Assembly: GCA_002269645.1 (NCBI GenBank) | Contig: NIVC01001574.1 | Coordinates: 186,001 to 250,000 of the forward strand | Reading direction: 5' to 3' | Source: Macrostomum lignano | Taxonomy: Eukaryota | Length of the DNA: 64,000 nucleotides | Shown here: positions 26,315 through 63,409 of the stretch, one piece after another | Layout: each line of letters starts with the position of its first letter | How positions within the stretch are numbered: position 1 is the stretch's first letter | The notes under the pieces: generated by a model | The model's database searches: none | What the model saw: only the letters and a program-made list of their open reading frames with translations | Told to the model about the DNA's origin: nothing | Program-made: the position numbers and the translations under genes

Positions 26315-28236
26315 CGCCCGGGCCAGGGCCCATGGCACCGGGCGTCAGACGGCGCCCGCCTTCCCGAGGAAGTTCAGCACAGCGATGCAGTTCTCAAAAA
26401 CTGCCGCGGGCTCCGGGCTTGGCCCTCAAAGGCGGCAGCGGTGTGGAGTCAGGGCGGGGCAGGAGATCAGCAGATGGGCCGCCGTCTCCTCTCCATCGCC
26501 ACAGAAACGGCAGGTGGGGGCCACGTCAACGCCGATGGCGGCCTGGAAGCCTCGCAGGGCCGGGCAGCGGTCGGCGCGCAGCTGGCAGATCAGCCGCTCC
26601 TGCCGCCGCGTGAGGTCGCTCGTCGGTGGAGGCGGCAGGCGGCCCGCCGTGTAGCTCGTGCTCGCCGCCTCGGTGGTCACTGCTTTGTAGATCTGGTGCC
26701 AGCGGGCGAGGCAGTGGCGGCGGACGGCAGCCTGCGCGGCAGCCAACGGGACGGGTGAGGTGCCTTGCGCCAGCGTGGAGCCTCGCTCATGGTGGCGCCC
26801 GTCGACCCGGGGCTGGACGCGAGCGCGGTAAGCGCGCTCAAGGAGTCAGAGCAGATGCGGACCGGCGACAGTTCTGCAGGGTCCGGGGCCGCGAGCACCC
26901 ACAGGAGGGCCTCAGTTATGGCCACTAGCTCGGCGTGGAAACTGGACGTCACGTGGCCAGCAGCGACGCACAGCGTGGTGTTGGGCTCGACCAAGACGCC
27001 GCTGCCGCCGTCCAGGATTCCGTCCTTCGCCGCTCCGTCGGTCCAGACCACGGTGCCGGCGGGCGACAGGGCGGCGAGCGTCTGCTCCGCCGCGACTCTC
27101 CGGGCCTCCGGCAGGTCCCCCCGCGTGGTTGGGGAGGCCAGCTGCAGCCCGAAGGTGACGGAGTCCATCACAGCCCAGGGAGGTGTCGTCGGGACAGCGT
27201 GGACGGACTCTCGCGGGTAGACGCCTAGGCCCGCAGCGCTGCAGACGCTGGCCGCCGCCTCGCGCCAGCCGCGGGCGCTTTGGAGGCGACGGCGCGGGCC
27301 GACGCTGACCGCGCAGGCGCGCAGCGGGTTGTCGGGCGGCAGCCGGAGGGCGCGCTCGTAGAGGAGGCCGGCGTGCATCTCCGCGCGGACTGCCATCGGC
27401 GGCAGCCCAGCCTCGCGCTCCAGCACCTCCGACCTGGTGTTGCGCGCGCCCAGGCGCTGGGCCCGGGGCCAGTTGGTTGATAGCCGTCTTGCAGGCCGTC
27501 GGCATCCAGGCGCCGGCAGCGTACTCCAGCACCGGCCGCACGTAGGCCGTGTAGAGCTGGCGCACGTCACTCTGCTTGGTGCCCCAGTTGCTGCCAGACA
27601 GCGCCGCCAGAACGCCGCAGCGGGCGCGGACGCTGCCGGCGACATTGGCGGCGTGCGCCGAGAAGCTGAGCAGCCGGTCCAGGATGACGCCGAGGAAGCG
27701 CGGCTGGCGGTCCGTCGAGAGCGGGGCGTCGTTCAGCCGCAGACGCAGCTCGCGGCTGGCCTTTCCGGCGGTGGTGGTGAACAGGGATAAGTTACTTCTG
27801 ATCGCAGCCTGCGCCTTCGTCTCGGCCTCCTCCACGGTCAGGCCTTGCACTCCGATGGCCAGGTCGTCGGCGTAGAGGAACGGCGTGCAGTCGGATGGCA
27901 GGTGGTCAGGCAGGTCGTTGATGAACAGCGCAAAGAGCAGAGAGCAAGGACACTCCCCTGTGGCAGGCCCTCGCGGAAGAGCCGCCAGCTGCTCAGCGCG
28001 CCGACCACCCTGACGGCAGCACGGCGATCGGCCAGGAAGCTGCTGAGTCAGCAGACCCCGGCCGCTGGGATGCCGGCGTTGTGCAGCTTGTGCAGCAGGC
28101 CCTGCTTCCAGACGATGTCGGGAGAAGTCCGCCTGGCAGGGGCCGCCTGATGGCCGTCGCTGATGAGCTGGGTGAGCCGGGCGATCTGGTCCTCGGTGCT
28201 GCGCCGCTTGCGGAAGCCGGCTTGGGCGGGGTGCAA
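26315..28236 (-). mobile_element. I-clade (Ingi/Nimb-like) LINE fragment: RT, RNase H, C-terminal zinc knuckle; 5'-truncated with internal deletions
   Basis: QAGFRKRRSTEDQI; GLPQGSVL...FINDL...LYADDLAI; RFLGVILDRLLSF...YVRPVLEYA; WTDGA...SSFHAEL...CSDSLSAL; CRFCGDGEETAAHLLISCPAL; VLNFLGKAGAV*. Markedly more GC-rich than flanks. Confidence 0.92.
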
Positions 28237-29605
28237 GCTATAATACTAAATTAGATATTTTAATTAATTTTTAATTAATTTAATTTAAACTGGAACAGCA
28301 AATTGATTGAATTGTTGATTTAAATTGAATATTTAATTAGTTAAATTTATATGATTTTTTGATTGAAATTGAATTTTTGATACGTGAATTTTACTGATTT
28401 ATTGATTAAAATTGAATTATTTATCATCCAAATTTAATTGAATTATCAAAACTGAATTTTCAACAACGTTTAATTTACTTACTAATTGCAAAATGATTGC
28501 AAAAATGCACAAAAACATCCCGGGATGAGCTGAGGCTACTCAAAGAGCCTCGGAATATTCGTTAGCTATTTTTCTAAAATGTCTACAGCCCAATTTCAGG
28601 TGGAAGGGCGCACTTATCAAACCAGCCTTCGTGAGCGGGCCCTCCACACCCTCCCCCGAGCTCTGTGTCACCCGCCGTCTCCTGGACGTTGACATCACCG
28701 TCCAGAAGCAGTTCCCTAATCTCAACCTCCAATAAGAAAAGACAAGACAGACAGTTTCTGTTATGTTGCTAGGAATGGGCTTCAATAAGTTTGTATTGTA
28801 TAATTCACGATGAAACGGCTGCGACATTGACATTGACGTGTTTCTCTACAGCAGAGCGCATCAGATATTTTAATTAATTTAAAACTATTTTGCACAAGGC
28901 AGGTGCAAAGTCATTTATTACCTGCAATAAATGACTCATTTTATGCATTGCAATTTGTGCGCGTACTCAGTCACAAATGAGCACGAATTAAAGGGTCGAG
29001 AGGTTAAAAAAGAAAATAGTTTTTTTATTATCCTCTACTGTTAACAGTAGTATATGATCGAAGTGCTCTTATAAATAAAGTGTTTTTAAGTAGTTGAATC
29101 TCTCAGTGGTCAAGAATAAATTTATAATTAAAATTACAATAATATAGTAATCATTGATCGCACCTGCCCCAACTCAAACCAGGTGTGCAACCGACAGCTC
29201 AGCCGCAGCTATTGCTCGGCGCCTCCGAAGGCTGCGTACGGCTGTTCAGTCCAAGGACTGGGGGTCGCCTCACACACCCTCAATTACCCCCAGCTAATGC
29301 TGGCACATATTTTACAGCTGGGTGAACTGAAGCAAAGCAGAGCTAATAAACACTCTATAAACGCTCTAAACACTGGGCTACAGCCTCTTCTGAGCTGCTC
29401 CATCACAGCAGGGGCTGTCGCGAAGCGGTGATAATTATTTCAAACAGCCTTTTTATCTGTGTACTAACCGCTCCCAAATCTGCTTAACCTGCACCTCTGA
29501 GTCAACTTGCAAAAGTTGACAAAACGAATGCTGATAAAAGGAATTCTGTATCGAAGACGGTTTGACCATGCAGTGTTGCAGAAATATTTACAGACGCCTC
29601 TGCTT

Positions 29606-54898
<25,293 letters not shown>

Positions 54899-55438
54899 CT
54901 TCTCAGCCGTAATTACCGATAAGTTGCGCAGCATTTTCTCAATATTTCTTAGAAACGGAGAGGTGTCCTTTCTCTAAGCTCTTCAAGATCAATTCTTGAA
55001 GCAGTCAGCCGCTGACAATGGGCAGCAAAGTGACTGAAGCTGTGGCGTACGCAATCATCTCTGAGCGAGAGGAGATGGGGATGAAGCCGCTTGTCCAGAG
55101 TCTTGAGCCCTCTCTCTCTCTCCTGGAGCTGAAGTGAGCAAGGGCTCATGGCTGGGATTTTTATACGCCCGTCCAGTTCGTCCCCCTTGAGCCTCTATAT
55201 CCCACAAATTAGTGGGACTTCCACTGGGCGGGGGGCATTGCAGCGGCTCTGCAGCTCTGGCAGCTCTGGCTCGCCGCTATTGGCTGCTGAGCACCGACCA
55301 ATCAGAGCGAGTCTCCGACTGAAGGGCTGGGCAGATTCGAGACGGACAGATCGACACTTGTTTTGGTCCTGGCCAAATACTTTCTAAACGTTTTAGCATG
55401 GCTGCTGGCATACTCGCTGGCGGCGGGTCCACTGCAGC

Positions 55439-57862
55439 GTGCAATCAGTGGGAGTGCAATCAGTAGGTGTGCAATCAGTGGAAGTGCAATCAGTAGGTGT
55501 GCAATCAGTGGAAGTGCAATCAGTGGGAGTGCAATCAGTGGGAGTGCAATCAGTGGGAGTGCAACCAGTGGGAGTGCAATCGGTGGGTATGCAATCAGTG
55601 GGTGTGCAACCAGTGGGTGTGCAATCAGTCGGAGTGCAATCAGTGGGAGTGCAATCAGTGGGTGTGCAATCAGTGGGAGTGCAATCAGTGGGTGTGCAAT
55701 CAGTGGGTGTGCAATCAGTGGGAGTGCAATCAGTGGGAGTGCAATCAGTGGGAGTGCAACCAGTGGGAGTGCAATCGGTAGGTATGCAATCAGTGGGTGT
55801 GCAACCAGTGGGTGTGCAATCAGTCGGTGTGTAATCAGTGGGAGTGCAATCAGTGGGAGTGCAATCAGTGGGTGTGCAATCAGTGGGAGTGCAACCAGTG
55901 GGTGTGCAATCAGTCGGAGTGCAATCAGTGGGAGTGCAATCGGTAGGTGTGCAATCAGTGGGTGTGCAATCAGTGGAAGTGCAATCAGTGGGAGTGCAAT
56001 CAGTGGGAGTGCAATCAGTGGGAGTGCAATCAGTGGGAGTGCAATCAGTGGGAGTGCAATCAGTGGGAGTGCAATCAGTGGGAGTGCAATCAGTGGGAGT
56101 GCAACCAGTGGGTGTGCAATCAGTCGGAGTGCAATCAGTGGGAGTGCAATCAGTGGGAGTGCAATCAGTAGGTGGGCAATCAGTGGGTGTGCAATCAGTG
56201 GGAGTGCAATCAGTGGGTGTGCAATCAGTGGGAGTGCAATCAGTGGGAGTGCAATCAGTAGGTGTGCAATCAGTGGAAGTGCAATCAGTGGGAGTGCAAT
56301 CAGTGGGAGTGCAATCAGTGGGAGTGCAATCAGTGGGAGTGCAATCAGTGGGAGTGCAATCAGTGGGAGTGCAACCAGTGGGTGTGCAATCAGTGGGAGT
56401 GCAATCAGTGGGAGTGCAATCAGTGGGAGTGCAATCAGTGGGAGTGCAATCAGTGGGAGTGCAATCAGTGGGAGTGCAATCAGTGGGAGTGCAATCAGTG
56501 GGAGTGCAACCAGTGGGTGTGCAATCAGTCGGAGTGCAATCAGTGGGAGTGCAATCAGTGGGAGTGCAATCAGTGGGAGTGCAATCAGTGGGAGTGCAAT
56601 CAGTGGGAGTGCAACCAGTGGGAGTGCAATCGGTAGGTATGCAATCAGTGGGTGTGCAACCAGTGGGTGTGCAATCAGTCGGTGTGTAATCAGTGGGAGT
56701 GCAATCAGTGGGTGTGCAATCAGTGGGTGTGCAATCAGTGGGAGTGCAACCAGTGGGTGTGCAATCAGTCGGAGTGCAATCAGTGGGAGTGCAATCGGTA
56801 CGTGTGCAATCAGTAGGTGTGCAATCAGTGGAAGTGCAATCAGTGGGAGTGCAATCAGTGGGAGTGCAATCAGTGGGAGTGCAATCAGTGGGAGTGCAAT
56901 CAGTGGGAGTGCAATCAGTGGGAGTGCAATCAGTGGGAGTGCAACCAGTGGGTGTGCAATCAGTCGGAGTGCAATCGGTGGGAGTGCAATCAGTGGGAGT
57001 GCAATCAGTGGGAGTGCAATCAGTGGGAGTGCAATCAGTGGGAGTGCAATCAGTGGGTGTGCAATTAGTGGGAGTGCAATCAGTGGGAGTGCAATCAGTA
57101 GGTGTGCAATCAGTCGAAGTGCAATCAGTGGGAGTGCAATCAGTGGGAGTGCAATCAGTGGGAGTGCAATCAGTGGGAGTGCAATCAGTGGGAGTGCAAT
57201 CAGTGGGAGTGCAATCAGTGGGAGTGCAACCAGTGGGTGTGCAATCAGTCGGAGTGCAATCAGTCGGTGTGTAATCAGTGGGAGTGCAATCAGTGGGTGT
57301 GCAATCAGTGGGTGTGCAATCAGTGGGAGTGCAACCAGTGGGTGTGCAATCAGTCGGAGTGCAATCAGTGGGAGTGCAATCGGTAGGTATGCAATCTGTG
57401 GGTGTGCAATCAGTGGGTGTGCAATCAGTGGGTGTGCAATCAGTGGGTGTGCAATCTGTGGGTGTGCAATCAGTGGGTGTGCAATCGGTAGGTGTGCAAT
57501 CTGTGGGTGTGCAATCAGTGGGTGTGCAATCTGTGGGTGTGCAATCAGTGGGTGTGCAATCAGTGGGAGTGCAACCAGTGGGTGTGCAATCAGTCGGAGT
57601 GCAATCAGTGGGAGTGCAATCGGTAGGTATGCAATCTGTGGGTGTGCAATCAGTGGGTGTGCAATCAGTCGGAGTGCAATCAGTGGGAGTGCAATCGGTA
57701 GGTATGCAATCTGTGGGTGTGCAATCGGTAGGTGTGCAATCAGTGGGTGTGCAATCAGTGGGTGGGCAATCAGTGGGTGTGCAATCTGTGGGTGTGCAAT
57801 CAGTGGGTGGGCAATCAATGGGTGTGCAATCAGTGGGTGTGCAATCTGTGGGTGTGCAATCA
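55439..57862. repeat. Minisatellite, 15-bp unit (GCAATCAGTGGGAGT), ~160 copies
   Basis: Direct inspection. The unit length is divisible by 3, which explains the spurious 833-902-aa ORFs. Confidence 0.98.
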
Positions 57863-58329
57863 CCGAGTCCAACCGCCCCGTGCTGCTGCAGCATTGACAG
57901 TCAGAGCCGACAACCGCACGCACCAGTGGCTCCAGCTTCCCAAGCCAGCCCTCTCGAGCTGTGGATGCTTCAAGAGCCCCCCACACGATCTGCACGGAGA
58001 CCCGCAGCAAGTGGCTCGCGGCGGGGGGTCCGCAGATTTGCAGTGGAATTTTTATTTATCGAGTTTGATGGCAGCGCTCGGAGACTGGCGATGAAGATGC
58101 TTTACAGTGCGCTGGCACGGAGCGGAGAGCCACTTTGGACATGCCGGAAATTGGCGGGCGACCCTGGATCGATTGATTACGAGAGCTCGATTGAAAATTT
58201 CTATTTTTTTATACAGAAGCTGGATGAAGGTTTGTGGCGATTTTTACGATGCAGACACCGGCGAAGTAAGGATTAAAAGGACGGTTGGGCAGCCTCAGTT
58301 CAGCTGCAATCTGCAGAAGTGGTTCGTTT

Positions 58330-58858
58330 CAATAGATAAACATCCCAAACACTCGATAAACATCCCAAACACTCGATAAACATCCTAAACAGTCGATAAA
58401 CATCCCAAACACTCGATAAACATCCCAAACACTCGATAAACATTCCCAAACACTCGATAAACATCCCAAACACTCGATAAACATCCCAAACACTCGATAA
58501 ACATTCCCAAACACTCGATAAACATCCCAAACACTCGATAAACATCCCAAACACTCGATAAACATTACCAAACACTCGATAAACATCCTAAACACTCGAT
58601 AAACATCCTAAACACTCGATAAACATCCTAAACACTCGATAAACATCCTAAACACTCGATAAACATCCCAAACACTCGATAAACATCCCAAACACTCGAT
58701 AAACATTCCCAAACACTCGATAAACATTCCCAAACACTCGATAAACATTCCGAAACACTCGATAAACATTCCCAAACACTCGATAAACATCCCAAACACT
58801 CGATAAACATTACCAAGCACTCGATAAACATTCCCAAGCACTCGATAAACATCCCTAA
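58330..58858. repeat. Minisatellite, 19/20-bp unit (AAACACTCGATAAACATCCC)
   Basis: Direct inspection. Confidence 0.96.
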
Positions 58859-59309
58859 ATCCAAAGCACAAAATTCGGAAGACAATATCCGTATTTTAGG
58901 GAGATTATCCCCTCAAAATCTAGCAGCAGAAATGAAGAACCACACAAAGAATATTTTGCCACCCTACAACAGCCAGCCCCATCAATGCGAAAGCATTTCT
59001 GTGATGAATGATCTGCATTAGGCAAAGCCCTAAACCAATTAGTGGCACGTGAAACGCCCACATCCTTTACTAGGGCGGCCGAATGCTTACAGAAGGCGAT
59101 GTTGGCACCAAAATATTCGAGTGTAAAACCAGAAATGCCAATTTGTGCGAGTGCAGTCTAAGCCTAGAAAAATTGTAAGTGTCCGGAATTTATCTTCCTG
59201 GCTTTGTTTCTGTATCCTTTTCGTGCATCATTAAATGTTGAAAGCTGAGGTTTTCTGTGAGATGGTTCACCGAGCTTCAATGAAAGTTGCATTGTGAAAA
59301 GACAGACAC

Positions 59310-59500
59310 TCATTTTGGGGCCGCAGGCACTCATTTTGACGCTGCAGGCACTCATTTTGGCGCCGCAGGCACTCATTTTGGCGCCGCAGGCACTCATTTT
59401 GGCGCTGCAGGCACTCATTTTGGCGCCGCAGGCACTCATTTTGGCGCCGCAGGCATTCATTTTGGCGCCACAGGCACTCATCATTTTGGCGCCGCAGGCG
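59310..59500. repeat. Minisatellite, 21-bp unit (GCAGGCACTCATTTTGGCGCC)
   Basis: Direct inspection, ~8 copies. Confidence 0.93.
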
Positions 59501-59724
59501 CTGTGTTGTTGCCCTGCAGCAAAATTATTGATTTCTATAATGGACCACAAGGTGAGGTGGGGTGGGGGACAAAGCATTGGCACGTCCCCCCATAGATTTT
59601 ACTGTGGGGGACATGTCCCCCCTGTCCCCTCCCCGGTGGCGACGCCCCTGGGGGATTTGTGCGAACTTTAGACTGGAATTTGTGTGAACGGTCGTTGGTA
59701 TTAGCGTGTACATCGGTTAGGGTT

Positions 59725-59955
59725 TATCTGAACATTGGTTGGGGTTTGTGTGAACATTGGTTGGGGTTTGTGTAAACACTAGTTGGGGTTTGTGTGAACA
59801 CTAGTTGGGGTTTGTGTGAACACTAGTTGGGGTTTGTGTGAACACAAGTTGAGGTTTGTGTGAACACAAGTTGAGGTTTGTGTGAACACTAGTTGAGGTT
59901 TGTGTGAACACTAGTTGGGGTTTGTGTGAATATTGGTTGGGGTTTGTGTGAAAGT
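59725..59955. repeat. Minisatellite, 22-bp unit (ACTAGTTGGGGTTTGTGTGAAC)
   Basis: Direct inspection. Confidence 0.93.
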
Positions 59956-60499
59956 GAGTTGCAAATCGAGTCAGGTTTGTTGGGTTTTGATTAAATAAAA
60001 ATGCAAAACTGGAAAGCAAATACTCAAAAAGGCCAAGTTGCATTGTGCTAATATACAAAACTGTCTAAAAAATAGTTCCTAAAGTTTATTCTACCAATTT
60101 ATTTACTACAAAGTTTCGATGGGAAAAGTAACTCTCTGCTAATAAATTCTAAATGTCTAAATGAGCAGCGCTATGAACTGAACAGAATCCAACATTACAG
60201 TCGGTGTGATCTCAAATAATACAATTATTTGAGAAATAATACAAGCTAACAGTCACTTGACAGCTGGCCAGTGAAGACAAGCGTGAAAGCAAATACAAAA
60301 TACTCCATCTTCACTGACCATCTGGGACTGAAAAAATAGCAAAAGCAATCTTTTTTGATAAAAATAGGCGCACTAAACTACTCGTCAGTAGGGAGATCTG
60401 GGCTAAATGTGTCAGGCAAGGCTGCGGGGTTCAAGAGCTGAGGGATAACAGGTGACTGGTGTGTCTGACTGCCTGATGAGCCAGTTTAATGAGCTTCCT

Positions 60500-61215
60500 G
60501 AGTCTCTGACTGAATCTTCCTGACTCACTGTCTGACCCACTGACTGAATCTGTCTGACCCACTGACTGAATCTCCCTGACTCACTGACTGAATCTTCCTG
60601 ACTCACTGACTGAATCTCCCTGACTGACTGACTGAATCTCCCTGACTCACTGACTGAATCTTCCTGACCCACTGACTGAATCTGTCTGACCCACTGACTG
60701 AATCTCCCTGACTCACTGACTGAATTTCCCTGACTCACTGACTGAATCTCCCTGACTCACTGACTGAATCTTCCTGACTCACTTACTGAATCTCCCTGAC
60801 TCACTGACTGAATCTTCCTGACTCACTTACTGAATCTTCCTGGCTCAATGACTGAATCTCCCTGACTCACTGACTGAATCCTCCTGACTCACTGACTGAA
60901 TCTCCCTGACTCACTGACTGAATCCTTCTGACTCACTGACTGAATCTCCCTGACTCACTGACTGAATCTCCCTGACTCACTGACTGAATCTCCCTGACTC
61001 ACTGACTGAATCTCCCTGACTCACTGACTGAATCTCCCTGACTCACTGACTGAATCTCCCTGACTCACTGACTGAATCCTCCTGACTCACTGACTGAATC
61101 TTTCTGACTCACTGACTGAATCTCCCTGACTCACTGACTGAATCTCCCTGACTCACTGACTGAATATCCCTGACTCACTGACTGAATTTTCCTGACTTAC
61201 TGACTGAATCTGTCT
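60500..61215. repeat. Minisatellite, 22-bp unit (CTGACTCACTGACTGAATCTCC)
   Basis: Direct inspection. Confidence 0.96.
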
Positions 61216-61717
61216 GACTTTCTGATCTTTCTCAATCCTTTCTAGCGGTCAGACAAAGCAGGCAGAAGAGGTACAGAGTCAGAGTCTACAGTTAAAACTC
61301 TGGAAAATAAGAACTAAAAGAACTAGACAAAAGCAAGCTTGTACATGACACTGACAGACTGCATCAGAGTATGAGCAGTTGATAAAAAAACACATGCGAA
61401 TGCAAAAAAGCACATTTAAAAAGACTTACAGTTGAACACAACACTAAAACACTGAATTCAAAGCTAAGGATAAGTTAATTGTGAGGCGATAACGATAATT
61501 GATCAACCAGCTGCATTGATTACTAACAGTAGAAACACTAGGATTGTTTCGGTAATAAAATATTAATGTCCCGCTGCACCCTAACTGAGCCAGGTAGAAG
61601 AATTTCACACTGATAATAACCACTGCTTGACTCTACATTTCTCTAAGCTCAGGTGCAGCAGGACAGAATTAAACCAGAATTGGGACCCTGCTGTGAACAG
61701 TCAGACAGACTGGGGGG

Positions 61718-63385
61718 TCACATGTGCTCAGGGTGCTCCCGCAGCTGCTCAATAAAGTCCTGCGGCTTCATCTGGCCCGAGCAGATGAGGTGCACCGCCA
61801 CCATCAGGGGGAACCGTTGCAGCTGGCCCTCCTCCTGCAGGGCTCGGTGCACCTCGGCCGCGATGAGGGGGCCCTGCAGACGCTGGCCGTCCAGCATCTC
61901 CTTCTCCAGCTGGCGCAGCGGCTTGCCGGTGAGGACCATCGCCTCTCCCAGCTTGCGGTTGCGGCCGCCGTAGCAGGTGGTCACGAGATCGTGCATGCCA
62001 AGCGGCCCAGAGCCGTCATGGGTGGCTGCGGGTGGGGTGGTAGGCGGGTAGATAGGTGGATAGGTACCTAGGTAATTGGGTAGGTAGATAGGTAGGTAGG
62101 TAGATAGGTAGTCAAGTTTGATAGGTAGCTAAGTAGATAGGTAGATAGATAGGTAGCTAGGTAGAAAGGTAGGTAGATAGGTAGGTAGATATGTAGATAG
62201 ATAGGTAGCTAGGTAGAAAGGTAGGTAGATAGGTGGGTAGATAGGTAGCTAGGTAGAAAGGTAGGCAGATAGGTAGCTAGGTAGAAAGGTAGGTAGCTAG
62301 GTAGATAGGTAGATAGGTAGGTAGATAATAGGTAGCTAGGTAGCTAGGTAGATAGGTAGCTAGGTAGATAGGTAGCTAGGTAGATAGGTAGGTAGTTAGG
62401 TAGCTAGGTAGATATGTAGGTAGTTATTTGGGTAGGTAGGGTAGCTTGTGGCGAGGCAGTGCATCTCAGTGGTAACGGTGCGTGTCTGACCCTCGCGCTA
62501 GAGCACCCCCATGTTTGATTCGGCACCGGGCCACATTAACTTGGGGCCTTCTTTAAAAAAAATAACTTGAGGCTGTTCCAGCAGCCTGAGCGGAAGAGCT
62601 CAGCGGAATGGGCCTGCCTGCCTCCTGGCTGCAGGTGGCCTCGAACTTCTGCGACTTACTTAAGCGTCGGTAGCTTGTAACAGGTGGGCAGTAACAAAAG
62701 CAAGTTACGCAAATTTGCCAACTCACCCGCCCATTTGACATCCTTGGTGTTGTAGCAGGAAGAGATGATGTCCCCCATGCCGCAGCTCTGCATCAGTGTG
62801 CGCTTCGTCACGCCTGGGCGATAAATGATTGCGTAACGGCTGGATTGGCGTTGTTGAAAGACAGACAGACAGACAGACAGACAGACAGGCAGACAGACAC
62901 TAAGACAGACAGATAGACAGACAGACAGACAGACAAACACACAGACAGACAGACACTAAGACAGACGGGACAGACGGACAGGCACACACAGACACACAGA
63001 CCGCAGTCTCACCAGCAGAGCCGTAGAACCGCTGCACATATCGCAGTATCTCCATGAAGCCCAGCCGGATCACAGCAGCCTTGGTGTTGTCCCCGAAGCC
63101 CAGAGCGTCGCAGAAGCCGGCCCCGGTGGCCACGATGCTCTTCAGGGCACCGCAGATCTCCACGGAGAATTCGTTCTCAATGATGCTGATCCGGAAGTAC
63201 GGCGTCTGAAACAGGCGCTTGAGCTCGGCGGCCCGGATGGGGTCCCGGCAGCCGAGGGTGGCCTCGCAGTACACCTCCTTGGCGATCTCTGGGGCGAGGT
63301 TCGCGCCCATCAGCACCGCGCATTCCATGCCGAGGTTGCTGCGAATCAGGTCGGTCAGCAGGCTGAGGCCTCTCGGCATTGGCTC
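61718..63385 (-). CDS. gpd1: Glycerol-3-phosphate dehydrogenase (NAD+), 3' exons: complement(join(61718..62025,63013..63385)), optional cassette 62727..62813; 5' exons lie outside the window
   Basis: LMGANLAPE...FQTPYFRI...VEICGALKSIVATGAGFCDALGFGDNTKAAVIRLG and [13 protein letters not shown]...LDGQRLQGP...FPLMVAV...HPEHM*, closely matching the animal GPD1 C-terminal half. GT-AG sites are phase-consistent. Confidence 0.93.
62040..62447. repeat. (GGTA/GATA)n compound microsatellite
   Basis: Direct inspection. Confidence 0.95.
62456..62533 (+). ncRNA. Degenerate tRNA-like/SINE head
   Basis: GGCAGTGCATCTCAGTGGTAACG...ATGTTTGATTCGGCACCGGGCCA; weak A and B boxes. Confidence 0.3.
62860..63000. 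repeat. (GACA)n microsatellite with GACACTAA variants
   Basis: Direct inspection. Confidence 0.93.
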
Positions 63386-63409
63386 CTGGGAATCACAGAT
63401 CGGCTGGTT

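Noticed and set aside
28598-28737. Possible terminal exon (WKGALIKPAFVSG...QFPNLNLQ*) after a TTTCAG acceptor
   Set aside because: No upstream partner exon or family match; it does not look like the missing lectin C-terminus.
28990-29010. GGTCGAGAGGTTAA, a piggyBac-like end
   Set aside because: No matching opposite terminus found in the window.
55302-58010. 833-, 844- and 902-aa ORFs (DCTPT, SAISG, LIALP repeats), one with a signal-peptide-like start
   Set aside because: They result from a 15-bp unit with no stops in several frames on both strands. The signal-like 844-aa ORF begins at TTG, and the array is bounded by GT-AG like an intron.
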